From assembly GCF_009914755.1 (NCBI RefSeq), contig NC_060928.1: a stretch of 64,000 nt of DNA; one strand, given 5' to 3'. Positions 23,355-38,158 of this stretch are shown piece after piece. The translations under genes and the position numbers were made by a program. The DNA is from the human T2T-CHM13v2.0 reference genome, Homo sapiens. The notes beneath the pieces are model-generated. The model worked only from the letters and a program-made list of their open reading frames with translations, was not told the DNA's origin and made no database searches. Within the stretch, counting starts at the first letter, position 1. Every line of letters starts with the position of its first letter.

Positions 23355-23760
23355 TTAGTAAGCCAGGCACAGAAAAAAAATATTGCATGATCTCTCTTAC
23401 ATGTGAAATCTAAAAAATAAAACTCACAGAAGCAGAGAGTTGAATGGTGGTAACCAGTGGGTGGAACTGGGGCGGTGGATGAAAAACTGGGGAGATGTTG
23501 ATTAAAGGATACAAAATTTTGGTTAAGCAGAAGAATAAATTCAAGAGAACTACTGGATAGCATGGTGACTATAGTTAATAATGATGTATTGTATACTTGA
23601 ATATTGCTGAGAATAGATTTTCATTGTTCTCACCACAAAAAAATAAGTGAGATAATGCATATATTAGTCCGATCTAGCTATTTCACAGTGTATACATATT
23701 TCAAGACATCATGTTGTACGCCATAAATGCATATAATTTTTATTTGCCGACTAAAAAAAA
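23355..23760 (+). mobile_element. L1MA (L1MA7-9-like) 3' end
   Basis: taagccaggcacagaaa...tgcatgatctc...agaagcagagagt...agcatggtgactatagttaataat...tgttctcaccacaaaaa, followed by an A-tail. Confidence 0.85.
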
Positions 23761-23783
23761 CACTAAGAAAAAATGACAATTTT

Positions 23784-24011
23784 GTGTGTGTGTGTGTATG
23801 TACGCATGTGTGTATATATGCATGTGTGTGGGCACGCACAAACACATATACATTGTCTTACTTTTTTTTCTTTTTTTTAAATTATACTTTAAGTTCTGGG
23901 ATACATGTGCAGAACATGAAGGTTTGTTACATTGGTATACATGTGCCATGGTGGTTTGCTGCACCCATCAACCCATCATCTAGGTTTTAAGTCCCGCATG
24001 CATTAGGTATT
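23784..24011 (-). mobile_element. 5'-truncated L1PA (L1PA8-like) 3' end plus ~77 bp of extra 3' sequence
   Basis: ttatactttaagttctgggatacatgtgcagaacatg...catcatctaggttttaag...tgcattaggtatt. TSD aaaaat(g/a)acaatttt at 23769-23783 and 24012-24026. Confidence 0.9.
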
Positions 24012-24055
24012 AAAAATAACAATTTTTAAAGATCACTAGAATACAATGAGGATTT

Positions 24056-24397
24056 TGCTTTAGTCCTTTTTGTGTTGCTATAACAGAATACCTGAGATGG
24101 GTAACTTATAATAAATGAAAATGTATTGATTCAGTTCTGAAGGCTGGGAAGTCCAACACGAAGTTTCTGGCATCTTGCAAAGATTTTCTTGCTACATCAT
24201 CACATAGTGAAAGACTAAAGAGCGAGACAGGGCAAGAGAGAGCTACATTGCCATTTTATAACAGCACAAATCCCATCTCTTAGGGAAGAGCTCACATGAC
24301 CTCACCAATTCTTAAATGTCCCACTACCTAGTACTGTTAAAATGGCAGTTAAATTACAACATAAGTTTTAGAGTAGACAGACATTCAAACTCTAGCA
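24056..24397 (-). mobile_element. MaLR solo LTR (MSTC/MSTD-like)
   Basis: tgttgctataacagaatacctgaga...gttctgaaggctgggaagtcca...acattcaaactctagca. Perfect TSD gattt. Confidence 0.85.
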
Positions 24398-25608
24398 GAT
24401 TTTTTTAGAGTGATTAATTTCATTTCTGAAAATTCAGAAAAGGATTTACAGAGGAGCTGAAATTTTTAATTTGTCCTTTAACTATGAGTAGAAATATTGA
24501 GCCATTGAAGGTGTTAGGCAGAAGGGTAACATAACCCAAACTGTATTTTAGAAAAAAAGTTTAATCTGACATTGTCATAGCATTGATTAAAATTTAAAAA
24601 TTTCTGTGTTTCAGGCATTCTTGAAATGTTTCTTATGCTTTCATTACTTATGGAATTATCAAAAACATTTTAAATATTGCCTCAATTTTATGGAAAACAG
24701 TATATATTCCTAACATCTTTCATATGTATTATATTAACTGATTATGAAAGACATACTATAAAAAGTCCAAGCATTATGACAATATTATCTTTGAATTATT
24801 AGCTATAGCTCCATTTTGGGGAGTAGATTCTCTAGAGTTTATGCCATACATATTTAACTGATCACAAATAATATTAAACCACTTTATGTATAATGTAAAA
24901 ACCTTACATATATATATAAATATGTATACAAACACACACATATACATATACACACACACTTTTCTGATCTTTAAGCTATTGTCATATACTTAACAATTAA
25001 ATATGCTATAAAACCCAACATACATTTTTATCATATTTGTATTAATGGTTAACTTTTCAAAAATTAAAAATTAGATTAAATTATTAAAAACATGTATATT
25101 ATATTTATCCACCTGTCATCATTTTCAGAAATCTTTATTATTTCTTTAGATTCAAATTTTCATCTGGTAGCATACTCTTTCTGTGTGAAAGATTTAACTT
25201 CAATATTTCTTGCAGTGTTGATATCCTGTTGATAAAGTTTTTCAGCTTTCATATGTCCAAAACACTCTTTATTTCACCTGCATTTTTGAAAGATACTTTT
25301 GATGGCTATTGAAGCCTTGGTAGATAGCTTTGATTTTATTCACTTTTGTTTTCAATACTGTGAAGTTGATGCTCTGTTTTCCACTGGCTTGGATCATTTT
25401 TTGATGAGAAATCTGCTATCATTCTTATTTTTGTTCCTTGTTATATGATGTGTATTTTTTTTTCCTTTGCTTTAAATACTTTCTCTTCACTGCCGATGGT
25501 CAGCATTTTGATAATGCTGCAACTTGGTGTGGTGTTCTTCATATTTCTTCTGCTTGGGGTTGATTGAGTTTCTTGTATCTGTGGGTTTATAACTTTTGTC
25601 AAAATTGA

Positions 25609-26092
<484 letters not shown>

Positions 26093-26398
26093 AACTTAGC
26101 TGGTTCCTATTGCTATGTGTTCCAGTTCTAAATTTTTCCTGCAATATCTAATTTGCTATTAATGTCATTCAGCATATTTTTCTGAGATATTTTATTTTCA
26201 ATGTCTAGAAATTTGTTTTGAGCTTATTTATATCTTGCATTTATTTCTACATGATTTTCATACTCTCCTCTCCCTTCTTGAACATGTCAACTTTATTTAT
26301 AGTAGCTCTTTTAATATTTCTTACTAATTCTATAATATGTGTCAATTATATATCTATTTCCATTTATTGATTATTCCCACTGGTTATAGCTATATGGA

Positions 26399-26770
26399 TG
26401 TTATGGTCTGAAATTTGGGTCCTCCCAAAATGTATATGTTGAAATCCTAACCCTTCAAAATGATGATATTGGGAAGTAGGGCCTTTGAGAGATTATTGGT
26501 TTATGCATGGTTATTAGATTATTATTTCATAAGTGGTATTAATACTCTTTTGAATGAGATTCCAAAGAGCTGCCTTGTCCCTTTCACCATGCGAGGATAC
26601 AGCTAGAAGACTTTATCTATAAACCAGCAGAACCCCCGTCAGATACTGAATCTGCTGGCACCCTGATTTTGAACTTCTCAGCCTCCAGAACCTTAAGAAG
26701 TAAATTTCTATTGTTTATAAGCTACTCTGTTTATGATATTTTATTATAACAGCTTGAATGGATTAAGACA
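26399..26770 (+). mobile_element. MLT1A0-like MaLR solo LTR
   Basis: tgttatggtctgaa...tatgttgaaatcctaaccc...gaatctgctggcaccctgattttgaacttctcagcctccagaac...ttaagaca. Confidence 0.85.
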
Positions 26771-28309
26771 ATGATTTTTAAAATTTCTCTTTACACATCT
26801 CCTAATTTTTTTTTATTGGACTTTGGAAGATAATTTTTGTGTTTAAATGGTAGATTTGTTTTGTATCTTTATATATTGGGTATATAAAGCATTCTTGACT
26901 TTAAGGCTAATTTGGGGTCGCAACTAAGGCAATACGATTCTCAGGATTTTACTAGATATTTGATGTGTTAGGAGATGTTTCGACTCTCGAGATTGTTCAG
27001 CTAACCCTTTTCTAAGGCATCTTTCTATGTGTTAGTTGTTTCCTCACTAGCATGAATGGATGCACTCAATAAAAGCCTTGAAGGGGACAACATACAGATT
27101 CTGCAGCTTTCTGTGTGCTATCCCTTCATTCTGATACTACATTCTACTAATCCTATCGGCTTTGGCTTCTCTGGACTTTGAGCTCAACTATAGAGACTAT
27201 AGAGACTATTCAGCTATCTTTGGACACTCTTTCTTTGCTAGGCCTGAAAACTTTCCACAGGTAGTACATTTGGGAACTCCTAGCGCTTATGTTCATTAAT
27301 TCTCTTCTCTCAGAGGTCCTGTCTTTACTGCCGGCTGTCCAATATCTGACAACCTTTGATTTATGTATTTTATGTGATTTTCTGGCATTGAAGTTGGGAA
27401 TTTAAATACATTTCTGTTATTTCCTCATAGGCAGTGGTAGAAATCCATAACAATTATTATATTTTTAATCAAGGTCTCAGATGCAGTTAGCCAAGTAAAT
27501 ATGCTAATGAGAGCATAACCAAATTGGAAGCTCCCTGGACTAGCTTTAGCACTACCATGCTCAAACAACACAATTTCCTAAAGGCCAACACATGGAGAAA
27601 TGTATTTAGTATTACTTCGTGACCAGCTATGGGATCAGAGGTTTTGATAGATTTAACTTATTATCATTACTAATTATTACATGATTTGTATTATATGTAT
27701 TTGGATTTCCAAGGTTAAACAATATAACAATAGAGATAATTGGATTATTGTCCTTTGATAGACACTCCAAATAGAGTCTCAACATCACACTTAATAAGTT
27801 AATTTTAGATAATAAAAATTAACCCAGGCATATTGTTCTCTACTGTATCCAGTAAATATGGGGCCAGTCAAGATTTGAATGAAAATATGCATTATTTTCT
27901 GGGGACTTTTATTTTGATTACAAAATAGATGAAAAGGAACAAATAGCCTTCTTTCTTATAAAAAATTTTTCTTTTTTCTGCTTACCCATTTTATTCAATA
28001 AATGTAATATTTAAAAATATGAAATGTTTCCAAATAAGAAAAGCTAGGAAAATAATGAGACACAATTTTTTCAAAGTTTGTATTCTATTCATTTCAGGCT
28101 CAGTTGCCTAATTACTGTTAGGTTCAATATATAAAAAGCACAATCTTGCTTTTTTAATAAAAAGAATACATGTGTAAAATTTTTGAATAAATATTTTAAG
28201 CATCTGTGGAGACCCAAGCTTGGTATTAAAATAACTTGAATATTTACTCAATATTGAAAGTCTTTTTAAAAATTACAGTATATTATTCCTATCTTAAGTG
28301 TTTGAAGGA

Positions 28310-29020
28310 ACATTTGTTCACTTATAATCAAATAGTTAAGGGTCTGTATGCCCTAAGCTGTGTTCTAAGCACTGTAGAGTCCATGTTTAATCAGATGTAC
28401 ATGTCCTCTGACCACAAGGAGCTTGCAAACTGATGAGAAAAAAAAGACAAAAACTGTTAAAAATATGAGAAAGATGGCAAATTATTCTCTATGGTGCAAA
28501 AAATGAAATGCTGTAAGACACTAAGATAGCAGTCCTAATTTTAAATTGAGTCAAGGAAGGCATTTTCAAAGAAGTGCCACTGAATTTCAGACTGGAAGGT
28601 GGACCAGAGAGAATGCCAGGACAGAGAAAATACCAGGGAAGAGCACAAGTGAGAGTTCTAAGTGTGGCCAGGGAAGCACAGTGGAGAGATTAAAAAAAAC
28701 AACCTTGGAAGTAAGGGACAGAAGGTCAGTGGGACCGGAGTGTTAACATTGAAATCAAGGAAAGGATGGGAAACCACACAATAAAGCTGAAGAGATGAAA
28801 AGAGTCAGATGATGCAAAATTTGCAGTTGAGAATGCTGTAGTGTGGGAGTAGCCTGTCAAGTGTTTTAAGCAGGGGACACAAAATCACTTGCATTAAGAA
28901 GTAAGCAATGATGAATGGAGAGACCATTCAGGTAGTTACACGGTATGGCAAATCCCAGGAGCAATGGTGAGGACTTGCACTAGAGTATCTGTAGAGGTCA
29001 TGAAAGAAAGCAGAAGTAGA
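28310..29020 (-). mobile_element. L2 fragment (3' end)
   Basis: Antisense L2 hallmarks: gctgtgttctaagcactg, caaggagcttgcaaact, gtgttttaagcagggga. Confidence 0.65.
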
Positions 29021-29028
29021 TAAGGATA

Positions 29029-29031
<3 letters not shown>

Positions 29032-29077
<46 letters not shown>
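29032..29077. repeat. (TG)n microsatellite
   Basis: About 22 TG units. Confidence 0.95.
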
Positions 29078-29080
<3 letters not shown>

Positions 29081-30894
29081 CACATAATTTCTTTTTTAAT
29101 GTATATTACATACTGATTATGATAGGTAAGAAAAGGAAAAATGTCATTTTAAAGTGAATTTGGGAATGGTATTAAGGCACATACCTGCTTTAGATGAACC
29201 ACAGATTTGATTATAAGCTTTCTGAAGTCCATTTGTTAAGTAAAAATGTAATCAGTTATAACATTCACTCTGTCTATGGAGTAAAACCACACTACCAAAC
29301 TGCTTTTACAGGTATATGACTAAAAACATTAAGATCTAGTAAGATCTAACAGGAATTTATCCTAGGATATTCTGATGGTTAGAATAGATATATTGAAAAA
29401 TGGAAACATAACTAAAACCAAAGCTTCATATACAGGTGTGTGTGTGTGTGTGCGTGTGCACGTATGTGTGTGCAGAGAGAGAAAACCAACAATACCTTCT
29501 TATCACAGAAATGAGTCACGTAAATATTAAAGGGATTTAATAATATGTCTAATGGTATATAGTGTCTTTTACTATTATAAAGAATTCAGAAGGTCAAAAC
29601 AAAGAATAATACTTAATGTTGTTTTAAATGTGAAATAATGTTATGTGCCTTGCAAGTACAAAGTAACATGAATGATGTTAAACATCACCTGTAGACTTTA
29701 AAAGATTTTCTTTTGCAAGATTAAGTCAATTGACTCATCAATAAATTATAAATAGAGTTAACTGGTTTATTTTTAAGGAACAAACAAAGAGATAAACACT
29801 TTAGAATCAATACATGCAATCAAACCTGTTACATGTTAGTGATTAGTTTCATAGTTAATAGATGACAGAAACTTTTATTGGAACAGAATTGAATGTGCCT
29901 GTTAGTAACAATGGGTAATAATAAAGTACAAGTCTATGTAACAGAAACAAATGAAGTGTAAAGTAAAATAATAGAAGAACATGACAATGGGGATTTTTTT
30001 TTTTATTTGTCTGTTCAGTGTCGTCAGAAGAGAGTACATCATAAGCAAAAAGTTCACTTTGATATCTGCTAATTTCATGGATAGAAACATAAGTGATTGA
30101 TCAGATAACCTGCTTTACTAAAGTTTATTTTGGCAAACAAAGGACTCTATAGCCTTAATGTAACAAGCATGTGTGATTCATAATATATGACATAATTAGT
30201 AAAAGTACAAATTATCTATTTCACACTGAATATTTATCATCTCATTTACATTTCCTCCTCTATGTAATAAAATGATTATTTATTTTACTGTTTATCTTAT
30301 TAAAATGTGGAAATCTTCTTGGAAATATGCCTGACTCTTTTCAATTTCTAAACTCCTTATTACAGGCATATTTAAAGCAACTTTAACTATTTTAAGTAAT
30401 TTGAAAATAGCTATAGTAAAATAAATTGAACAAACCGTACTACCTAGAATAAAAGAATTAAAAAATCAGCAAATGTTTGAAGGACAGACAGTAAATACAA
30501 TAGCAGAATCTGCTATCCAAAGAAACAGGATTAATTTAAAAAAACAGAGTAAGACTTTGATACTAATATAACAAATATTATTAGAAATAGTGGAAACAGA
30601 ATAATATCTATTAAACATAAATAGATGTGAAAATAAATCATCCCTGTTCTTTTAAAATCAAAAGATAATCCTCTCCCTTCTAATATCAAACTAAACAAGA
30701 AAAGAGACTCTAATTAAGATCAAAGTTGTGTGCTGGAAGATAGAGTTTAGGAATTTTTATAGTGCATAAAGGAGAAATAGGTAAGAAGTGGGAATGACAA
30801 GCTGAGGAATATTGGAAATATCTAGCAGTTTCAATATTCACTGTTTCAAGAAGAGGTCCCAGAGGGAAATAGAATGGAACCAGAAATGACATTA

Positions 30895-31560
30895 ATCAAT
30901 TAGTCAGTTTACAAATATTTGTTGTGTCTCCTTTCTTCCAGCCATTGAATTATGCACTGGTGATACAGTGATAACAAGGAAATGCCTTGCCTAGGAGAAG
31001 CAGGTTGACAATAATCATAGAAAAAATAAATTAGATAAGGTAAATCTAAGTATTAAATTAGAAGATAAAATCCACAATGTGATAGAGAACAAAGGTGGTT
31101 CGATGATGGGGGCTGGGATTGCTTTAACAAGATGGTCAATGTTGTGAGTAAGATGACATTCGAGTTCAAGAAAAAAAATTGGAAGGAGATGGTCTTGTTC
31201 AGTCTACAGGCAGATGACATCAGCAAGTACAAGAAGCTCTGCGAAAGCAATGAGGTTGGAAAGTTTGACAGAATGAGAAACAGTGGGCAGGGCACAGGCA
31301 GTAGTTCTAGAATGGGATGAAGTCAGAAATTATGTGGGAAGTTTTGGTCCTGGCCTACAGAGTTAGTATTTTATTTGGGTTGCAATGAGAAGTCTTTGGA
31401 GGATTTTGATTTTGTGTCTTAAAAAATAACACATTTTCCTTTACACAAACTAATTTTCTCTGGTGGGTAGAGATGCTGTTATAGATGTAAAGAGGAAAAA
31501 CTGAAAAAGTAAAACCAGAAAAGCTGTTGAACTAGTCCAGGTAAAGGAAGATGATGGCTG
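30895..31560 (-). mobile_element. L2 fragment (3' end)
   Basis: acaaatatttgttgtgtc...tgcactggtgatacagtga...tgcaatgagaagtctttggaggatttt...tagtccaggtaaaggaagatgatgg. Confidence 0.7.
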
Positions 31561-34459
31561 GTGTGTACAAGGTCAAAGGCAGCAGTGTCTGTGGGCCACA
31601 TGGAGTAGAGTTTCTCAAGGTGGTACATACTCAGCTTTGTTCCCACTGTCTGTCACCACAGAGGTCAGGTCAGTGAAGAGACACCATTCTTTGAGTAGTC
31701 TTAATAGCTATAATTGATTGTCAGGCAACACTAATTGTTTTCATTGTATAGACTTCATTTTAGCTTGCATTTGCAAATTACCATTCTTTTTCTAGGTCAT
31801 GTCTATAGATATATGATCAGAATTGTACACAGCAAAAAAGATATTAGTGTGAAAGTTTAAAAGTCAATTTTCTCTTTTAATTTTTGTTCAGAAACAGAAG
31901 TTAGAAAATACAAAGTGACACTTGGAATATAACATGGTTCATCAGCAGTAAAACATTTTTAAATGGACAATTTTACTACCATTTTCGATCTCTATATTTC
32001 ACGAATAACTTTAGATTAACCAAAATTTTAAATTTTGGCTAATGTCACATTTGTCATTAAAATGGACCAAAAAAGCACTGAATTTTGTATAAAAGCTTAA
32101 TACATTATATTACTCTTAAATATCATGATTGGAGAACCTGAGAAAAATATGCATTTCTTCAGAGCCCATGCATGACCAGTAGCTAATTTTTCAAGTTTAT
32201 TGTGTCACGGTTGTGCTTTCTGAACTGCAAAAGCAATTAGATCAAATTAAATGTTTGCTGAATTGCATTAAATTGGGGGAAAAGTTTTTAAAGAATTGGT
32301 GGAAGATCAAAGAACAAGGAGAAACTTAGCTACTCAGTAGATGTGCAATTAAGGAAGAAGATTAAAATGTTAGTATAAAATGCCCTTTATTTCTGAATTA
32401 TTAATACTTAGGACTTAGTTTAGGAAGTGTCCATCCTTTTTCATTTTCAGCTAGCATGGAAAAGTGTGTCTTCGTTTAAGGATTTATTAGTTAAATTTCA
32501 GGATAATCTGGTCTAAGAAAGAGGTCCAAAATATAATGCCCCAAATAACACGAAGATGGATTTTATCATTATTCAGAGTCCAGAGGGAAGTTGACCAGTG
32601 CTGGTACAATGACTGCCTTGCTCAATACATGACTTTCTTTCATGAAACTCAGTACCTGTTTTTCTCTGAACATATTTTGCATATCTATTTCATTTTAAAA
32701 ATTTAAATTGATTCTCACCTTCTGTCCACAGATTTTAGAGATAGTATTGCAGGCTGAATTAGACCAGTACTAAAATAAATTAAAAATTTAATATTTTTCA
32801 AGTATGGTCATCTATTGTGCTGTAAATTTCAGTGAAGAACAATTACTTTCACAAATATGTTAAAATTACCAAATTGTTACTAATTGATACTTTTTTTTGA
32901 TCCAAGTTAAATGTCTGAATATTTTGTATAAATTATTTGGAAATGGTTAACTATATTTATGTTGACCATAGGTTATTCTATTAAAATAGTTATAATACAA
33001 TATATCTTTTTTATAAATGAATCAAACACTGATTTATAAATTAAGGAGTAAAATTGCAACTTGTTTAACTTCTTAACTCAAAGTTAAATGTTATTAAAAT
33101 GTCATATGTCATACAGATGTAAATGTCATATATAAAATGGCATATACATATAATTCCAGTTGTTCATACATGTGTAAATATAGAGATATCTTTTCCATTA
33201 CTTTTATTTTATAGAAGTAATAGGTTCTGATTAAATAACAATTAAATTACAGAAACAAATAAGTCTAAAAGCTAATGTTCTTTTCCATACATCTTTTTTC
33301 TGACCCCAACTCTGATTCTAAAGTCCTTCTCATGATATTTCAGCCAACAGTTGCGTATATATACTACTAGTATTTTCAAATATTTTAAATTATATTTTAT
33401 TTATATATGTATAAACTACATAGTTTTCTTGTGTGATCTTATGCAATTGAAATGATATCTCATATTTTTAAGGAACTTTTTTAAAATGTAAGGTTTCTTG
33501 GATGTCTTTTAGTTTAGTCTGTATGATTTTACTTATTTTTGATTAGTTATTTAAAAGTGTTAACACTAATAACTGCACATGATATAGAAAATAAATAATC
33601 TGTTTAAAACCTACATAATATGTAACAACCTTCTTGAACACCATTATTAACATTGTTTTGTGTATTTCCAATATAAGATGATATGGCATTTTAACTTGAT
33701 TTTTGTTTTATTCAACTTGATTTTGTTTTCTTAGAGTGAAATTCTTTTCATCCTTTGTATGGCTACCTAATATGCCATTGACTTAAAAAATGTAATTCTT
33801 TAAACAATTTCCTATTGATGGGAGTGTTTATTATTTTAAATGTTCTATAAATGGTGTTTCAATGAACATATTTAGATACAGGTAGCCATATTTTAAATAT
33901 ATTTTACATGTTTTAGCTTAAGTGATTTTTAAAATTTGAATGTTTTGCGATATCACAGAACTTTTGGATAGACAGTACTTGAGAAAGTATTTAAATCCTC
34001 CTTTATAGATAAGGAAACTCTAGTATCAACCCTAGTATCAAACCCTAGTATATTATTTCCCCTTGGAAAACAATGTAATATACATTGTTAGAAACAATAA
34101 ATATTGTTTTAATAAATATTGTTTAGTAATATAATATTACTATAAATCTAACAATATTTATTATAGTAATAAATTTATAATAGTAATATTATAGTAATAA
34201 ATATTGTTAGAAATTACTTCTATGTTTATGCACTCCTGTTGACAGGAATATGAACTTTGGATGTCTGACAATCCAGCATTATGCTAATATATAGTTTGTT
34301 CACAGTTGGAACATTAACTTTGCTCTCTAGATTTTTTTTTAAGTCACCAAATTGTAAAATTACAAACTTTCCTATATTTCACCTTTATCAATTCTTATCC
34401 TCCTAAACAGATTTATTTTCTTGATAATATTTATTACCTTAGATTACTTATTTATTTTA

Positions 34460-34590
34460 TTACTTCTTTTCCATCACTTAGAATACAAACTTCTTGAAGA
34501 ACCTGATATTTGTCTTTTCTGCATAGCTAGAGCTTCAACACTTAGAATGATGCCTAACTCATAGCAAGACTCAAATATTTGTTGAACACG
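34460..34590 (+). mobile_element. L2 3' terminal fragment
   Basis: ttagaatacaaacttcttgaag...cttagaatgatgcctaactcatagcaagactcaaatatttgttgaa. Confidence 0.7.
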
Positions 34591-34667
34591 TTATTTTATG
34601 TCTTTTTGCTGATACAAGAAGCATTTTACTTTCACCTACTGCAAATGTTATTATAAACTGTGTTGTG

Positions 34668-35039
<372 letters not shown>

Positions 35040-37785
35040 TCAATGAATAGGTTTTATGTAGAGGTGCTCTTCACTCTTTTGCTTCTTTCATTGTTCTCTG
35101 CTTGGCAATTAGAAGGTGGTCTCAGTTTAAAAATGTTTTATTTTCAGACTTGGAGTATTTTATTATATTTATGAGTAATTCTTCCCATTTTATATTTCCT
35201 TTTTTTCTATTTATTTATTCCATACTAGACCAATGTTTTTTGTCTTTTGGATTTATACTGCCTCCCCTACCTTTTCTCGTTCATTCTATCCCTTCATTTT
35301 TTGACTTGGTGATCTGGAAGATTTTTTCACTGTTGTATTTTTATTACTTTTGCTATTATTGAATTTTGATTACCAAGAATTTTATCTTGTCTTCTGAATT
35401 TTTAAAAAAATGTTGCTGCTTTTTTTTAATGGTTTTGATGCAATATCTTCTCTAATCAATCTAAAATTACTGAGTAGAATTATCTTCAATTTCACTAGTA
35501 TTTTCTGAATTACCACGGTTTCTTCTTTGTTTAATTTCTTTGTTCTTTGTACTTTGTTCCCTCTCTTTGGTTATGTGGAGATCATTGGTGGTTAGTTTAT
35601 ATTTGTGAATGAAAGAGAAGATTGGCTAATATGGGTATCGGAAGGGATTTTCTTTCTTTGGGATGGGTTTGTTTCCCTTCCAGAATCTTCTGACTGGGAG
35701 TGCTGACTGGGAGGACTCAGTGAATAAGTGAGGCATGTCAGCAGGCAGGATTCACCTCAGTGCACAAACTCCTATACCCCAAGATACATGTACTCTCTTC
35801 ATAAAGCCTTTATCTTGTACCCTAATGTTCCCACTAAGAATTTATCTAAATTATGGAAGTCTCCTAAAATGCAAAATCTGTCTTTTCTTGAAGAGACAGC
35901 AGCACTTCTGTTACTCTCCCTGACTGTGTGGTGATGGTGGAGGTGGTGGTAGGCTGCATGGTCCAGCTGTTCCAAATATGGTTACCGCAATTACTGTCCT
36001 GCCTCTCACGCCCATTCTCTAAATATGTAACCATCCAAGTTTGGAGCCTTTCTGAAGCTCCACAGGGAAGATTTTTTTTTTTTTCCTCAGGCCTGTATTT
36101 TTATCAAACTGCTCTCAGCCTCTTTAGATGCTTTAACTTCAGAAATATAGTGGTGATATCAGGGCTCTAACTAGTCAATTTTGAACATGTGCTCCAATTC
36201 CAAGGTTATTTTTGGAGAAAGGTGAGCATGCATGTACCAAGGCATTATTTTGAATGAAACACATGGAATATATAAATATTTATTGGCCTTTTGACTCTAT
36301 TTTATACCATAACATTTTATGTCAAATAATTTCGATTTATTTGCATGTGTAATAATAAAGATGGCAGTATCTTCATTCCTAGACTATGGGGTCATATAAT
36401 TACAAAAATAGATTCTTGGAGTGACATGAGAGTATAATCTATTACCACCAAAGAAGATCTTGAACAAATGTTATAGCAAATTACAAGTGAGGTTATCTCA
36501 TATTTTTCATTTTTAGCATTTTACCAAACATGTTTTTGGCTGCTCATATCTATGAAAGGGTTTGGTTCTACTTCTTCTTTATTGATCTAAGATTTACTGT
36601 TAATTCGTTTTCTGAAGTCAACTGTCTCTTAGATTTCTTGTGATTTTCTGTTATCCTGGCTACTAGAAATTGCTGGGAATTAGGTGGAAAACATTGTGTT
36701 TGATGCTGTTTCCATGAATTACATGCTTCATTTGGTCTGTAGAAAAATGAACACAAGCTTTTCAAATACCCATATATTTCTGAAACGTGTTTTTATGGCC
36801 TAACTCTAAAGTTCTAACTAAACTCTAAAGCTCTCCAGTACTTTGGCTCACCATCAAGAGTAGTGCTATGAGCAGCAATTCCATAATATAGTATTGCTCT
36901 TGTTATTTTATGACAATCTGCAGGCACTCAGGAGAACTGGATGGGCAATTCATATAATTCTACCATATAATGCAAATTTGTTTGAACTACAAGCTAACAT
37001 TTGTCTTAGTAGTCAGATGAAGGTGAACACTGAGTACCGTAGAAAAGCGAGTGATTTATGATCCATGGGAAATGATTCTGCCCCACCGGCTGGTTAAGTG
37101 TGGGGCTTTAACAGCTATAAAGCATAAATCTACAGTCTATGAGGCTGCTCGGGTTTATTACTATTTTTCTAACTTGAGAATTTTCCTGTTGGGGATAGAA
37201 CCACCTTGTCTGGTCATTTATTACTCATGCTTAAAGCTTCAGCTATACTGTGAGTCTCTGCATATGCAGTGTTGGAATTTCCTAGTTATATGTGGGATAA
37301 CTTCAGTCAATTATCACAGGTGCGCTCTCTCTCTCTTTTATAATTTAAGGAGGGGAGTTAGCTGTAAAAAGAAGTGCATCAGTACGAGTTTCAGGGCTAT
37401 GAAGAGTTCAATTCTGAGAAGCCAGGGAAATAATGCAAAGTAAAACTGAGGTACCTTTGGTAAGGAGAGAAAACAAACCTTCTGAAGGTGGCAGAAGAAA
37501 ATCAAAGAGCAAGAAAGCAGTGTTAATATAATTTCTTTGAAAAGTAGAAAAAGAGAGCACAAATAGAAGTGAGGTAGAGGCCTGTGAAATACAGAATGGG
37601 TGTTGAATCTAGTTGTGTATCAGATAATGTCTGTGACTATGCAATCATTATTCACTACTGACTATTTTTTCTTCCACTTAGGGTCTATTCCTGAACTTTT
37701 TTTTTATCCTGGCCACGCACCCTTTCCCCTACTCCTTTTCATCAAAAAGGAAAATACATTTATCACTTCTTAAACTTTTGATTAA

Positions 37786-38158
37786 TGTTAAATTATATTA
37801 AATTGGGCCTAAACCTGCCTCCCTTTGTAGTGAACGTAACCCAACTAAATATGTAAACAACCTGCAACCTAATGAGACTATATTCTTACAACAAATAACT
37901 GAGTCTCAGCCAATCATAGAGGCTGAGCTTTCAGCCAATCCCAGGATGCAAACTGCTCAGACATGTCCAAATAAAGCAAAGGCCACCAATCAGGCTATTT
38001 TTTTTTTTTTAATGTCAGTTCCTTTTTCTCTATATAAATACTACCTGCCCACTTGCTAGCTTTCTGAACCTTTACTGATTCAGGGTGCTCCCTGATTTAT
38101 GAGTGCTTCTTTGCTCAAAAAAACTCTGATAAATTTAATTTGTCTAAAGACTTTAACA
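37786..38158 (+). mobile_element. ERV1 solo LTR, MER57-like
   Basis: tgttaaatta...aactgagtctcagccaatca...ttcagccaatc...tatataaata...aaatttaatttgtctaaagactttaaca, with several CCAAT boxes. Confidence 0.75.

Noticed and set aside
29505-29740. Pair of AP-1 sites
   Set aside because: 7-mers are expected several times per 64 kb, and there is no other supporting feature.
37051-37443. 130-aa ORF in unique DNA
   Set aside because: It has a GTG start, no recognisable domain and a composition typical of random AT-rich translation.
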